64,000 nt of DNA from Malacoraja senta (lineage: Eukaryota), in NCBI GenBank assembly GCA_038087875.1, contig CM075991.1, positions 10,170,001 to 10,234,000 on the forward strand. The letters are read 5' to 3'. The translations under genes were made by a program, and so were the position numbers. Below the pieces are notes generated by a model. The model was given only the letters and a program-made list of their open reading frames with translations. It did no database searches and was not told the DNA's origin. This document shows, in pieces, positions 25,090 through 37,131 of this stretch (the first letter of the stretch is position 1; each line of letters starts with the position of its first letter).

Positions 25090-25275
25090 TGTATGAAGAA
25101 ACTGCAGATGCTGGTTTAAACCGAAGATAGACACAAAATGCTGGAGTAACTTAGCGGGACAGGCGGCATCTCTGGAGAGAAGGAATGGGTGATGTTTCGG
25201 GTCGAGCCCCTTCTTCAGACTGAGTCAGGGGGAGAGGGAGATACAGAGGCAAGGAAGTGTGAGGTGTGAAAACGA
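25090..25275 (-). mobile_element. Penelope pseudo-LTR with adjacent 3'UTR (mutated hammerhead)
   Basis: Consensus match. Confidence 0.7.
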
Positions 25276-25295
25276 GACAACAGTTTATCTCTGTT

Positions 25296-25436
25296 CAAGA
25301 AGAAACTGCAGATGCTGGAGAATCGAAGGTAGACAAAATTGCTGGAGAAACTCAGCGGGTGCGGCAGCATCTATGGAGCGAAGGAAATATTTCCTTCGCT
25401 CCGCACCCGCTGAGTTTCTCCAGCAATTTTGTCTAC
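25296..25436. mobile_element. Short fold-back Penelope-derived module lacking the hammerhead, with an 18-bp TSD
   Basis: Palindromic centre AAGGAAATATTTCCTT. TSD CAACAGTTTATCTCTGTT at 25278-25295 and 25437-25454. Confidence 0.75.
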
Positions 25437-25639
25437 CAACAGTTTATCTCTGTTTGTTTTCTGATCTGAGTCAAGTCAAGTCAAGTTTATTCGTCACATA
25501 CACATACGAGATGTGCAGTGAAATGAAAAGTGGCTACGCTCACGGACGTTGTGCAAAAAACAAACAAACAAACAAACAAACTACAAACAGAATGGAACAG
25601 AATCACATATTCTTTCACATATTAAATATTGTATGGTAC

Positions 25640-26114
25640 GGTATGGTACGGTACAGCAGCTGCACTGTTGCGGACAGGAAGGCACTACAACGGGTGGTGA
25701 AAACCGCGCAGCACATCATCGGTGCCCCGCTCCCTGCCATGGATGCCCTCCACCGAAAACGGCGTCTGAAACGGGCTGGGAAGATCATTAAAGACCCCTC
25801 CCACCCCAACCATGGATTGTTTGCCCTCCTCCCATCAGGGAGGCGGTACAGGAGCCTCAGGTCTCGTACCAGTAGGATGAGGAACAGCTTCTACAACTAT
25901 ACCGTCGCATTGCTGAACTCGGAGTCCCGCCGATAGATTCCTCCGGTCCCTCCGTCCCCATTGTTAATTATTCTGTACTTTTGATTATTCTGTATCCTCT
26001 TTTTTTTTTAAATTTCTATATTGCACTACTACTACGGACTGACGCAAAACTGCATTTCGTTGTACCCATACTCAGTATTTGTGCAATGACATTAAAGTTG
26101 AATTGAATTGAATT
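25640..26114 (+). mobile_element. Rex1/Babar-clade 3' fragment
   Basis: YSSCTVADRKALQRVVKTAQHIIGAPLP...IIKDPSHPNHGLFALLPSGRRYRSLRSRTSRMRNSFY...; (TTGAA)n tail. Confidence 0.85.
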
Positions 26115-26749
26115 GTGGTCGGAAGGAAAAAGGGAAAGAAAACAGCAATTTAAAAAGGGTCCCAACCCGAAACGTCACCCATTCCTTCTCTCCAGAGATG
26201 CTGCCTCTCCCGCTGAGTTACTCCAGCATTGTGTTTCTATAGCCAGAGAGGGTAGCTAAGTAGCTTGGCCAATCTAACCGCCCGTTTCACTGGGAAAAAT
26301 GTTTACTCTCACGGCTTCTTGACCTTGGGTCTGTGTTCGTCATCGCCAGCCAAGGAGCCTTAAAAAGGTTTCAGCTCACAGCTCTTCAAATCCAGCGAGC
26401 CGTACGCAAGGTAGAGATTGTTTATAAACAACCCTCAGTGTCATAGAGGGGCAGTGTTTACAGGCTGCAGTGAAGAGAAAGGCTTTAGTTAAATCTCCGG
26501 TCAGGGGTACTTCACGGCTTTACAGCACCAGGTTTGGGATTTTTTCGCCTTAATTTCAAATTTCAAGATTCAACAGAGTTTATTGTCGTGTGTCCCTGAT
26601 AGGACAATGAAATTCTTGCTTTGCTTCAGCACAACAGAACATAGTAGGCATTGACTACAGAACAGATCAGTGTGTCCATATACCATTATATAAATATATA
26701 CACACATGAATAAATAAACTGATAAAGTGCAAATAACAGATAATGGGCA

Positions 26750-26990
26750 ATTTTACTTCGGAGTCACGTGAGTGATTACGTGAAGAACACCCCGTCCAGC
26801 CGCACACGCGTCAATCTTCAAAGCAGCGGAGTGAAAATCACAGACGATAATTACTGAAGTATGATAGTAAGATGCATAAAGACTAGAACTACCAGCTCGA
26901 TCCTTTTATGAGGGTGGGAGCGGAGGGCACGTAATCCCTCAACGTTACTCCTCATAAAATAAAGATGGTAAGTTCCTGCTTAATCTTACT
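26750..26990. mobile_element. Small inverted-repeat element, possibly a DIRS-type (tyrosine recombinase) terminal remnant
   Basis: ATTTTACTTCGGAGTCACGTGAGTGATTACGTG (26750-26782) is an imperfect inverse of CACGTAATCCCTCAACGTTACTCCTCATAAAAT (26928-26960). It interrupts an inverted Rex-type tail. Confidence 0.4.
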
Positions 26991-27038
26991 ATTAATGTTC
27001 AGAGCTTTGTCCGAGCCGAGTTTAATAGCCTGATGGCT

Positions 27039-27238
27039 NNNNNNNNNNNNNNNNNNNNNNNNNNNNNNNNNNNNNNNNNNNNNNNNNNNNNNNNNNNNNN
27101 NNNNNNNNNNNNNNNNNNNNNNNNNNNNNNNNNNNNNNNNNNNNNNNNNNNNNNNNNNNNNNNNNNNNNNNNNNNNNNNNNNNNNNNNNNNNNNNNNNNN
27201 NNNNNNNNNNNNNNNNNNNNNNNNNNNNNNNNNNNNNN
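27039..27238. other. Assembly gap (200 N)
   Basis: Run of N. Confidence 1.
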
Positions 27239-27334
27239 GTAAGCGCTGTAAGGCAGCAACTGTGTCGCCACTGTGTAGCCCCAGTATTATTGTCAATATG
27301 GTTCATTTCAAGTATCAATTGTTGATGCTTCTGC

Positions 27335-27680
27335 ATCGAGGGGGATGTCAGCTCCCTGCGCCGGGCGATCTGACCCCGGGTCGGGGCTTCTGCGCCGTTT
27401 AGAGCTTCCCGACATCGGTCTCTGCCCGAGACTGCGAGCTCCTCGACGGTGAAGTCCGCAGGTCGCGCGGTTGGAGCGTCGATCCCAGGCTCCGATGGTA
27501 AGTCCACGTCCCCGCGGTGGGGCTCACAGTCAGTCCCGAGCAAGGCCGCCAGCTCCACGATATTAGGCCGCAGAGCGACCGGAGATACCACCGGAAAACA
27601 ATCGCATCTCCGGCAAGGTAAGAGATTGAAAAATAGTTTCCCCCGACCCCCACCCCCACCCCCACTCTTACAGTCTTGCA
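27335..27680 (-). mobile_element. Partial relative of the GC-rich element at 23790-24650
   Basis: Shares CGCATCTCCG.CA.GGTA.G.GA.TGA.AAA..GTTTCCCCC-(C-rich) with 24470-24535. Confidence 0.5.
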
Positions 27681-28260
27681 CCCACATACACACTCACACA
27701 CACTCTCTTACACACAAACTCACTAACACACAAACAAATGTACAGACACGCACACTTTTACACACCCGCTCTTACACAGACTTACACTCACATACACACA
27801 CACACTCTCACACACACACACACTCTCACTCACACACGCACACTCTCACACACACGCTCTCACGCACGCACACTCTCACACACGCACACTCTCACACACA
27901 CGCACACGCTCACACACGCACACTCTCACACACACACTCACTCACGCACACTCTCACACACGCACACTCTCACACACGCACACTCTCTTACACACAAACT
28001 CACTAACACACAAACAAACGTACAGACATGCACACTTTTACACACCCGCTCTTACACACCTTTACACACACACATACACTGTTATGCACAATCACACACA
28101 TGCACACTCACACACACTTACACACACTTACACACAATCTCACACACACGCACACTCTCACACACACACTCACTCTCCACACACACTGTTACACACAATC
28201 TCACTCACACACACCCAATTTTACACACCCACGCTTACACACTTTTACACACACACACAC
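27680..28260. repeat. Compound (CA)n/(CACT) microsatellite with an internal duplication of about 75 bp
   Basis: Directly visible. The unit CACACTCTCTTACACACAAACTCACTAAC... occurs at about 27700 and 27980. Confidence 0.95.
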
Positions 28261-29569
28261 ATATTATTTTCATTAAAAATTCCAGGCGCTGATTTACTGA
28301 TGGAGAAGATGTCTTGGTTTTAAAATAAGAATGCGAGTTGTCGCAGATAGATTTCTTTGTTCCTGCTGTTTTGGGGCAAAGTTAAAATGCTGCTGACGTG
28401 GGTGTATTTAATGCACCACTTCAGGCTGTCGGGACCGAGGATGTCGTTTGCAAGGAGATAACTGCTGACTACGCCACATTGAAAGAGATTAGCACCTCAG
28501 ACTAAGCCCCAGCTGCAAACAGAATCAAAATCCATATTTTAAACCAGCGGAGAGTTTCCAGTCTCTGGTGATTAGTATTTTCAGGACATGGTAAATGAAG
28601 TGGACCTGAAGGAGATCGAGCTCACAGATTTATTGGCAGTGTTTCCATTTTCATCACTGTCAGCATATTTTTCCCCCTGGTTGGTCTCTGCGATAACAAG
28701 TTATCCACTGTGCCTTGCCCAAGTTCATAAGTTGTAGGTGTAGAATTAGGCCATTCGGCCCATCAAATCTTTAAGGTGAGGAAGAGAGACATGGAGCAAA
28801 TGTGGGCAGGAGGCTAGTGTAACTGGGCAAGTTGGGCCGATGAGCCTGTTTCCACACTGTATCACTCTATGACTCTATCACCATCTACATCTCAAATTTG
28901 TCTTTCCCCTGACTACCAGTCCGAAGCAGGGTCTCGACCCGAAACGTCACCTATTCCTTTCCTCCAGAGATGCTGTCTGGACCGCTGAGTTACTCCAGCT
29001 TTTCGTGTCATTCTTCCTTCTTGTTGTCTAACTCAGATAATTCTGGACAATGTGGTGTTGATGCTGCCCAGCTCACCACCAGCTCCGCTCTATGATCTAT
29101 GATCTTTGACCACCACCACCAACACCATTCTCTATCCTCCAGGGGCTCTCCTGGCTGGTTAAGAACTCCCCTACAGGTGTCCATAAAAGAGCAGCCTCGA
29201 CTACAGTTCGCAACTGCAGAAGCTTAAAGAGCAGAGCCCTCAGTAGAAGTTCAGTAGTCACCGCAGTTTCACAAGCAGCCACCCCCACAGTTTTAATTAG
29301 TTCAACCATGGCCCTTGCAAGGGACAAAGCCATTCAATGCTGGAGGAACTCAGCGGGTCAGGCAGCATCTGTGGAGGGAATGAATAGGTGACATCTTGGT
29401 CGGGTTTGTACTACTTTGTGTCTCCATTTCTAGCACCTAACATTTTCCAAAATGGTGTATTACTAAACTTTGCAAACTAATTGTTCTCTGTAACTTGTCA
29501 AAAAGGTGCAAGTGCAAACGAAAGGGTGGTGTATTTACACTAGGTGAGTGTAGGTACTGTGCGGGTGCT

Positions 29570-29934
29570 GTGTAGGTCTGTGTATGTGTGTATGTATGTG
29601 TGTATATGTGTGTGCATGTGTGTGTGTGTATGTGTGTGTGTAGGTGTATGTGTGTGTATATGTGTATGTGTGTGTGTGTATGTATGTGTATGTATGTGTG
29701 TGTGTAGGTGTGTGTATGTGTGTGTGTATGTGTATGTGTGTGTATGTGTGTGTATATGTGTGCATGTATGTGTGTGTGTAGGTGTGTGTGTGTGTATGTG
29801 TGTGTAGGTGTGTGTGTGTAGGTGTGTGTATGTGTATGTGTGTGTGTGTGTGTATGTGTATGTGTGTGTGTATATGTATGTGTGTGTGTGCATCTGTGTG
29901 TGTGTGTACATCTGTGTGTGTGTGTGTGTGTATA

Positions 29935-29977
<43 letters not shown>

Positions 29978-30040
29978 ATCTGTGTGTGTGCGTCTGTGTG
30001 TGTACGTCTGTGGGTGTGTGTCTGTGTGTGTGTGTGTATA

Positions 30041-30079
<39 letters not shown>

Positions 30080-30203
30080 ATCTGTGTGTGTGCGTCTGTG
30101 GGTGTGTGTGTACATCTGTGTGTGTGTGTGTGTGTATATGTATGTGTGTGTGTGTGTACATCTGTGTGTGTGCGTCTGTGGGTGTGTACGTTTGTGGGTG
30201 TGC

Positions 30204-30241
<38 letters not shown>

Positions 30242-30410
30242 ATCTGTGTGTGTGCGTCTGTGTGTGTACGTCTGTGTTTGTACGTCTGTGGGTGTGTGTC
30301 TGTGTGTGTGTGTCTGTGTGTGTGCGTCTGTGTGTGTGCGTTTGTGTCTGTGTGTGTGTGTGTGCGTATATCTGTGTGTATGTGCGTATATTTATGTGGG
30401 TGTGATGGTG
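29570..30410. repeat. Compound (TG)n/(TGTA) microsatellite
   Basis: Directly visible. Confidence 0.97.
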
Positions 30411-30727
30411 CGTGTACTGAGTGAGAGCGCTGTGTGAAAGAAGAGGAACCAGCACCTGTCTGACGCAGCCTTGAATACAAAATGGAAAGAGCTGCTCAGA
30501 GGGAGACCAAGTCTGATGTGTCAGGAACTTGGCAGTGAACTCCAGCGAGTGCCAGAGTCAGTGATTATTCCATGTGACAGGGATGCATTCAGGAACAGAT
30601 TGTTGCCAGTCAGTCCCCATCAATCAGCCTCCCAAAATGGAAGAAAAGTCAAACTTTGAAAGGCACGATGCGGGTGTTAGACTGAGACCACCATCACGTG
30701 ATGGAAACTGTTCTGAGGACCAGATTA

Positions 30728-31143
30728 CCAGCTCCGGCACTGACCCCTGGCCCACTTCTCCAGCTCCGGCACTGACCCCTGGCCCACTTCTCCAGCTCCA
30801 CCACTGACCCCAGGCCCACTTCTCCAGCTCTGCCACTGACCCCTGGCCCACTTCTCCAGCTCCGCCACTGACCCCAGGCCCACTTCTCCAGCTCCACCAC
30901 TGACCCCTGGTCCACTTCTCCAGCTCCGTAACTGACCCCTGGCCCACTTCTCCAGCTCCGTAACTGACCCCTGGCCCACTTCTCTAGCTCCGTAACTGAC
31001 CCCTGGCCCACTTCTCCAGCTCCATCACTGACCACAGGCCCACTTCTCCAGCTCCGTAACTGACCCCTGTCCCACTTTTCCAGCTCCGCCACTGACCCCT
31101 GGCCCACTTCTCCAGCTCCGTCACTGACCCATGTCCCACTTCT
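30728..31143. repeat. Minisatellite, 13 x 32 bp (CCAGCTCCnnnACTGACCCCTGGCCCACTTCT)
   Basis: Exact 32-bp period counted from 30728 to 31143. Confidence 0.95.
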
Positions 31144-31329
31144 CCTTATTACACCCTTCTGTGCTCCCTTGAGACCTACAATTTTTTGCTTCCACTTCGG
31201 TTTGGTGGGCGCTGAGATGAGTGACCAGGGCAATGTGGGAACAGAGACACTTGCGCAAGAGATGCCTGACTGGATGGATGGGGTTTGTGAGGTGGTACAC
31301 TCCTGCCTTCATTTAATTAGTGCGCCACT

Positions 31330-31690
31330 TTGTATGTTGTATGTGTGAACGTGAGTGTGAGTGTGTGTGGAATGTGAGTGTGAGCATGAGTGTGAGCGTG
31401 AGTGAGAGTGTGCATGAGGGTGTGTGTGAGAGAGTGTGTGTGAGAGAGTGTGAGTGTGAGCATGAGTGTGAGTGAGACTGAGTGTATGAGACTGAGTGAG
31501 TGTGTGAGTGTGTGTAAGAGTGTAAGTGAGAGTGCGAGTGCATGTGTGTGTGAGAGTGAGTGTGAATGCGTGTGTGAGTGAGAGTGTGAGTGAGTGTGCG
31601 TGTGTGTCTGCATGTGCGTGTGCGTGTGTGTGCGTGCGCGTGTGAGTGTGCATGTACTAGTGTGCGTATGCGTGTGAGTTTGCGTATGTC
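31330..31690. repeat. Degenerate (TG/AG) microsatellite
   Basis: Directly visible. Confidence 0.9.
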
Positions 31691-32685
31691 CTTTCGCCAC
31701 TTCCGCCATTTGATTAGCACGGGTGTCGGGGTAATGGGGAGAAGGCAGGAGAATAGGGTTAAGAGGGAAAGATAGAGAAAGAATGGCGGGAGTAGACTTG
31801 ATGGGCTGAATGGCCTAATTCTGCTCTCATCACATGAACTTATTTACACTTGGTTTCTTTGAGCCTCCGTGACTCAAGGACACAACGGTTCCCAGAACCA
31901 TCGCACGTGTATCTTCATGTTGAAGAGTCATGAGCCAGGAGTTGGGAGCAACATTGTAGCTTTTCCCATGGAGATTTGGAGAACATTCTTCAATCCTCAT
32001 CTCTATCCAGCAGATTTAAAAAAATGTTTTTTACTATTGTCACATCTTACTAATATTACATGAACAAACTTTTTTTTTTGCACGCTATGCAAACAGATCA
32101 GAGTAATTGGAGATAGATACAATCGTCAAACTCAAATACAATAGGTAAAGCAAAGGGGAAGCTGCAGACTACAGATCTCAGCATCGTAGCGCATCAGTTC
32201 CATAAACTTCGTCCAATTTGACCTCAATGGGGTAGAGAAGTTGTCAAACACAATTTCCCTTTCATAAAACCATGTCGCTGCTGCTTAATAGTATTATGAT
32301 TGAGTAAATCCCTGGTAGCTCTCACTAAATCGTAGACGTTTTCCCAATGTTTGATTGATACTGTCCCATTAAACGCTTCCATGTCTATTCTTTCCCCTGA
32401 AAGGTTAGCATGCAGCAAAAAGCTTTTCACTGTAGCTCGGCACACATGACGATAAACAAATTATTAATTATTATATGAATTCTTATATATTCTATCCTAT
32501 TATAATCTTTTATATAATATTAATTAAATTATATTAATTATTTAAAATGATAGTATATTATATTATGTTAATACACTAAGATAAACCAGCATCTGCAGTT
32601 ACTACTTCAACTAAACTAATGTCAGGCTAACTGCTTCCTGCTTCCCATCTCTCTCTTTTATTGCCCATAGATTTTCCAATCCACA

Positions 32686-32872
32686 GATCGACACAAAAAG
32701 CTGGAGTAACTCAGCGGGACAGGCAGCATCTCTGGAGAAAAGGAATGGGTGACGTTTCGGGTCGGGTCTCGAAACGTCACCCATTCCTTCTCTCCAGAGA
32801 TGCTGCCTGTCCGCTGAGTTACTCCAGCTTTGTGTGTCTATCTTCGGTTTAAACCAGCATCTGCAGTTCCTT
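32686..32872. mobile_element. Fold-back Penelope pseudo-LTR module (hammerhead CUGA box lost at the fold)
   Basis: Near-perfect inverted arms around GACGTTTCGGGTCGGGTCTCGAAACGTC. Confidence 0.75.
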
Positions 32873-33088
32873 CTTGCAAACTCCAACCCACAGAGAGGGC
32901 TTTCCAGAGGAATTCCAAGGAATTTTGGAAGGCCACAACCACACTCCTCTTTCACTGCCCCCCCTCCCTTTGTCCCTGTGAGTCTGAAGAAAGGCCCCCG
33001 ACCCAATCTATCTTCTCATCCATGTTCCCCAGGGACGCTGGCTGACCCGTTGAGTTACTCCATCACTCTGTGTCCATCCCTGTAACTA

Positions 33089-34686
33089 CAGTGGCTTGCA
33101 AAAGTATTCATACCCTTTGAACTTTTCCACATTTTGTCACGTTACAACCACAAACGTAAATGTATTTTATTGGGATTTTATGTGATAGACCAACACAAAG
33201 TGGCGCATAATTGTGAAGTGGAAGGAAAATGATACATGGTTTTCAAATTTTTTTACAAATAAAAGACTGAAAAGTGTCACGTGCAAAAGTATTCAGCCCC
33301 CTTTACTCTGATACCCCTAAATAAAATCCAGTGCAACCAATTGCCTTCAGAAGTCACCTAATTAGTAAATAGAGTCCACTTGTGTGTAATCTAATCTCAG
33401 TATAAATACAGCTGTTCTGTGAAGGCCTCAGAGGTTTGTTAGAGAACATTAGTGAACCAACAGCATCATGAATACCAAGGAACACACCAGACAGGTCAGG
33501 GATAAAGTTGTGGAGAAGTTTAAAGCAGGGTTAGGTTATAAATAAATAGCCCAAGCTTTGAACATCTCACGGAGCACTGTTCAATCCATCATCCGAAAAT
33601 GGAAAGAGTATGGCACAACTGCAAACCTACCAAGACATGGCCGTCCACCTAAACTGACAGGCCGGGCAAGGAGAGCATTGATCAGAGAAGCAGCCAAGAG
33701 GCCCATGGTAACTCTGGAGGAGCTGCAGAGATCCACAGCTCAGGTGGGAGAATCTGTCCACAGGACAACTATTAGTCGTGCACTCCACAAATCGGGCCTT
33801 TATGGAAGAGTGGCAAGAAGAAAGCCATTGTTGAAAAAAAGCCATAAGAAGTCCTGTTTGCAGTTTGCCACAAGCCATGTGGGGGACACAGCAAACATGT
33901 GGAGGAAGGTGCTCTGGTCAGATGAGACCAAAATTGAAGTTTCTGGCCTAAATGCAAAACGCTATGTGTGGCGGAAAACTAACACTGCACATCACCCTGA
34001 ACACACCATCCCCACTGTGAAACATGATGGTGGCAGCATCATGCTGTGGGGATGCTTTTCTTCAGCAGGGACAGGGAAGCTGGTCAGAGTTGATGGGAAG
34101 ATGGATGGAGCCAAATACAGGGCAATCTTGGAAGAAAACCTGTTAGAGTCTGCAAAAGACTCACCTTCCAGCAGGACAACGACCCTAAACATACAGCCAG
34201 AGCTACAATGGAATGGTTTAGATCAAAGCATATTCATGTGTTAGAATGGCCCAGTCAAAGTCCAGACCTAAATCCAATTGAGAATCTCTGGCAAGACTTG
34301 AAAATTGCTGTTCACAGACGCTCTCCATCCAATCTGACTGAGCTTGAGCTATTTTGCAAAGAAGAATGGGCAAACATTTCAGTCTGTAGATGTGCAAAGC
34401 TGGTAGAGACATACCCCCAAAAGACTTGCAGCTGTAATTGCAGCGAAAGGTGGTTCTACAAAGTATTGACTCAGGGGGGCTGAATACTTTTGCTAGCAAC
34501 ACTTTTCAGTTTTTTATTTGTAAAAACATTTGAAAACCATGTATCATTTTCCTTCCACTTCACGATTATGCACCACTTTGTGTTGGTCTATCACATAAAA
34601 TCCAATAAAATACATTTACGTTTGTGGTTGTAACGTGACAAAATGTGGAAAAGTTCAAGGGGTATGAAAACATTTGCAAGCCACTG
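33089..34686 (+). mobile_element. Full-length Tc1/mariner DNA transposon, Passport-like IR/DR family (copy 2)
   Basis: About 213-bp TIRs starting CAGTGGCTTGCAAA, with inner direct repeats. TA TSDs at 33087-33088 and 34687-34688. Nearly identical to copy 1. Confidence 0.97.
33468..34469 (+). pseudogene. Tc1 DD34E transposase pseudogene (copy 2)
   Basis: ATG at 33468. Nonsense TAA at 33543-33545, 19-bp deletion after 34160, +1 C at about 34416. Catalytic residues are present: WSDETK, QQDNDPKH, then NPIE 34 residues after the second D. Confidence 0.95.
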
Positions 34687-34849
34687 TACGTCTTTTAACC
34701 CCCTGGAACGAAGACTGTCAAGTGTGGACCAATAGTTTTCCCAGCACCTTTACCCTGTTGATAATGAAAGTTTTAAATTTCACCCAACCTTTTGCATCTT
34801 ATGTTTTCCATTATTAATGGGAGGCTTTTAGTGCTGTCTTGCATGAAGA

Positions 34850-35040
34850 CAAACATGAAATATTTGTTCATGGCCTCTGCCATTTTCTTATTTCCCATTA
34901 TAAATTCCTAAGTCATATCCTCTAAGGAACCAATGTTTATCTTAGATACTCCCTTCCTTTTCATATACTTGCCGGAGTTTTTATAGACTGTTTTTATATT
35001 CCGTACTAAATGGATTTTACAATGCATTTCTCCCTTTGTA
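34850..35040 (-). mobile_element. Ancient CR1 ORF2 internal fragment
   Basis: Reverse translation KYMKRKGVSKINIGSL.../IMGNKKMAEAMNKYF resembles the CR1 EN-RT linker. Confidence 0.55.
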
Positions 35041-35118
35041 CAACCACCCTTTGCTCCCTATCTTCTGGCCTGTTATTAATGTGGACTTTTCCTTTCGCTT
35101 TGGTACTGTTCTTCCCCA

Positions 35119-35577
35119 GTTTAGATTAGAGATACAGCATGGAAACAGGCCCTTCGGCCCACCGAGTCCACGCCGGCCATCGATCGCCCGTTCACACTAG
35201 TTCTATGTTATCCCACTTTCACATCCACTCCCGAACCCGTGGGGGCAATTTTGCGTTTAAGAAGGAACATGCAGATGCTGGAAAATCAAAGGTACACAAA
35301 AATGCTGGAGAAACTCAGCGGGTGCAGCAGCATCTATGGAGCGAAGGAAATGGGCAACGTTTCGGGTCGAAACCCTCCAATTTTGCGACAGGAAGAATTA
35401 ACCTACAAGCCTGCACGCCTTCGGGAGGCGGGAGGAAACCGGAGCACCCGAGGAAACTCACACGGTCACGGGGAAAACGTGCAAAAACTCCACACCGACA
35501 GTACTGGTGGTCGGGATCGAACCCGGGGTCTCCGGCGCTGTGTGGCAGCTGCTCTACCACCTGTACCACTGGGCCAC
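35119..35577 (-). mobile_element. tRNA-derived SINE interrupted by a TSD-flanked Penelope pseudo-LTR module (35256-35377)
   Basis: TSD CAATTTTGCG at 35246-35255 and 35378-35387. Confidence 0.8.
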
Positions 35578-37131
35578 CTTTAGCTCTCTATAGAATACAG
35601 TAAACCCCTCGCTATAATGGACCACCTGGGAGGGGAGGGGGGAGGGGGGGGAGGCGGAGGGGGGGGGAGGCGGAGGGGGGGGAGGCGTCTGTTAGTGCAG
35701 ATTATCCACCACTACCGAGTGAGGGGGGTAAAGTTTAACAAGGCCGGGAGGGAGAACTATTTTCCAGGCTATTTTCACCAACTTGGCCTGCATACTTATT
35801 TAATTAGAAGACAGGCATAAACGTGTCTCTCTTCGGTTTAAACCAGCATCTGCAGTTCCTTCCCACACATACCCATTTAATTACCTTTATATAAGTTTAG
35901 GAAAAGGACACCAAGTGCTGGGGTAACTCAGTGGGTCAGGCAGCATCTCTGGAGAACATGGACAGGTGACGTCCCGGGTTGGGACCCTACTTCAGACTAA
36001 TATCAGGACACTAGTTTCACAGCTAAACTATCTCACGTTCCAGTTAGATATGAAGCTTCATCATTTACGATAGCTCCTTCTCAGAGGATTCCCCAAACGC
36101 GACCACTAATTAATCAGTCCTCATTACACATGGCACATCTAAATAGTCTGTTTCTTCATCGGTTCTATGTTGGCTGAGAAATTCTCTCTGAACGATAACG
36201 CGTAGAAAGAAACCATTAATCGCCCTGGGATGGAGAGTAGAAGCAAGGAACTGCAGGCGCTGGTTTACAAATAAAAACACACACAAAGTGCTGGAGTAAC
36301 TCGGCGGTTGCAGGCAGCATCTCTGGGGAACATGGGCAGGTGAAGATTTGGGTTGGGACCCTTCTTCAGACTAAGTTGGGGGGGGGGGGAGGAAGATAAA
36401 GCTAAATGGAGGAGGGGCAGGACAAAGTGCGGCAGGTGGTAGGGGAACGCAGGTGAGGAGGTGTTTGATACGCACATGGTTGGACAAAGGACAGAGACGG
36501 AAAAAAAGAGGTGTGGGAAAAAATGATTGAAGAGTTGTGAATTGTGAAGCCAGAGGAAGGAATGAAGGTGGAAGGGGGAGGGGAGAAATTGTCGAGAGTC
36601 CGGGTGGGACACAGGAGAGGAGGATGGGGGTCGGGGGGAAGAAAGGGTGGTGGTGCCTGCAAACTGATTCATTGCTTGAGTTTAGTTTATTGTCACGTGT
36701 ATCGAGGTACAGTGAAAAGCTTTTGTTGCGTGCTAACCAGTCAGCGGAAAGACAATCCGTGATTACCATCGAGAGTGTGCAGGTACATGATACAGGGAAT
36801 AATGTGAATAATATTTAACGCAAGATAAAGTCCAGTAACGTCCGATCAAAGATAGTCCGAGGGTCTCCAATGGGGTAGATAGTAGCTCAGGACTGCTCTC
36901 TAGTTGTTGGTGGGATGGGTCAGTTGCCTGATGACAAGAACTATTGTTAGTTTTGAGTTGTAATCACTGTCGACGAGGTTCCACCCATCACCTACCAGCT
37001 TCTGTTCTATCCCCTCTTCCCTCACCTTGTTCCATCTGTCCATCCATGCTGTTACATCCCCCCCCATAACCCACGAAGATAGACGCAAAAGCTGGAGTAA
37101 CTCACAGGTCAGGAGAACTTGGGGTCGGGAC

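Noticed and set aside
26952..27693. ORFs spanning the N run
   Set aside because: These are artefacts of the assembly gap.
28425..28505. Possible terminal exon (cag|AVGTEDVVCKEITADYATLKEISTSD*)
   Set aside because: Weak polypyrimidine tract, no recognisable homology and no partner exons. It would need RNA-seq support.
30624..31233. Repetitive ORFs, or a CRISPR-like array, at the 32-bp repeat
   Set aside because: The units abut with no unique spacers and there are no cas genes in this eukaryotic context. The period is not a multiple of 3, so the ORFs cycle through frames.
33558..34244. 228-aa ORF as a functional or domesticated transposase
   Set aside because: It has no ATG start, lies downstream of a nonsense codon, and frameshifts before the second catalytic Asp.
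35598..35690. TA+CAGTAAACCCCTCGCTATAA (pogo/Tigger-like end) followed by a G-rich tract
   Set aside because: No matching second TIR was found, so there is too little to call an element.
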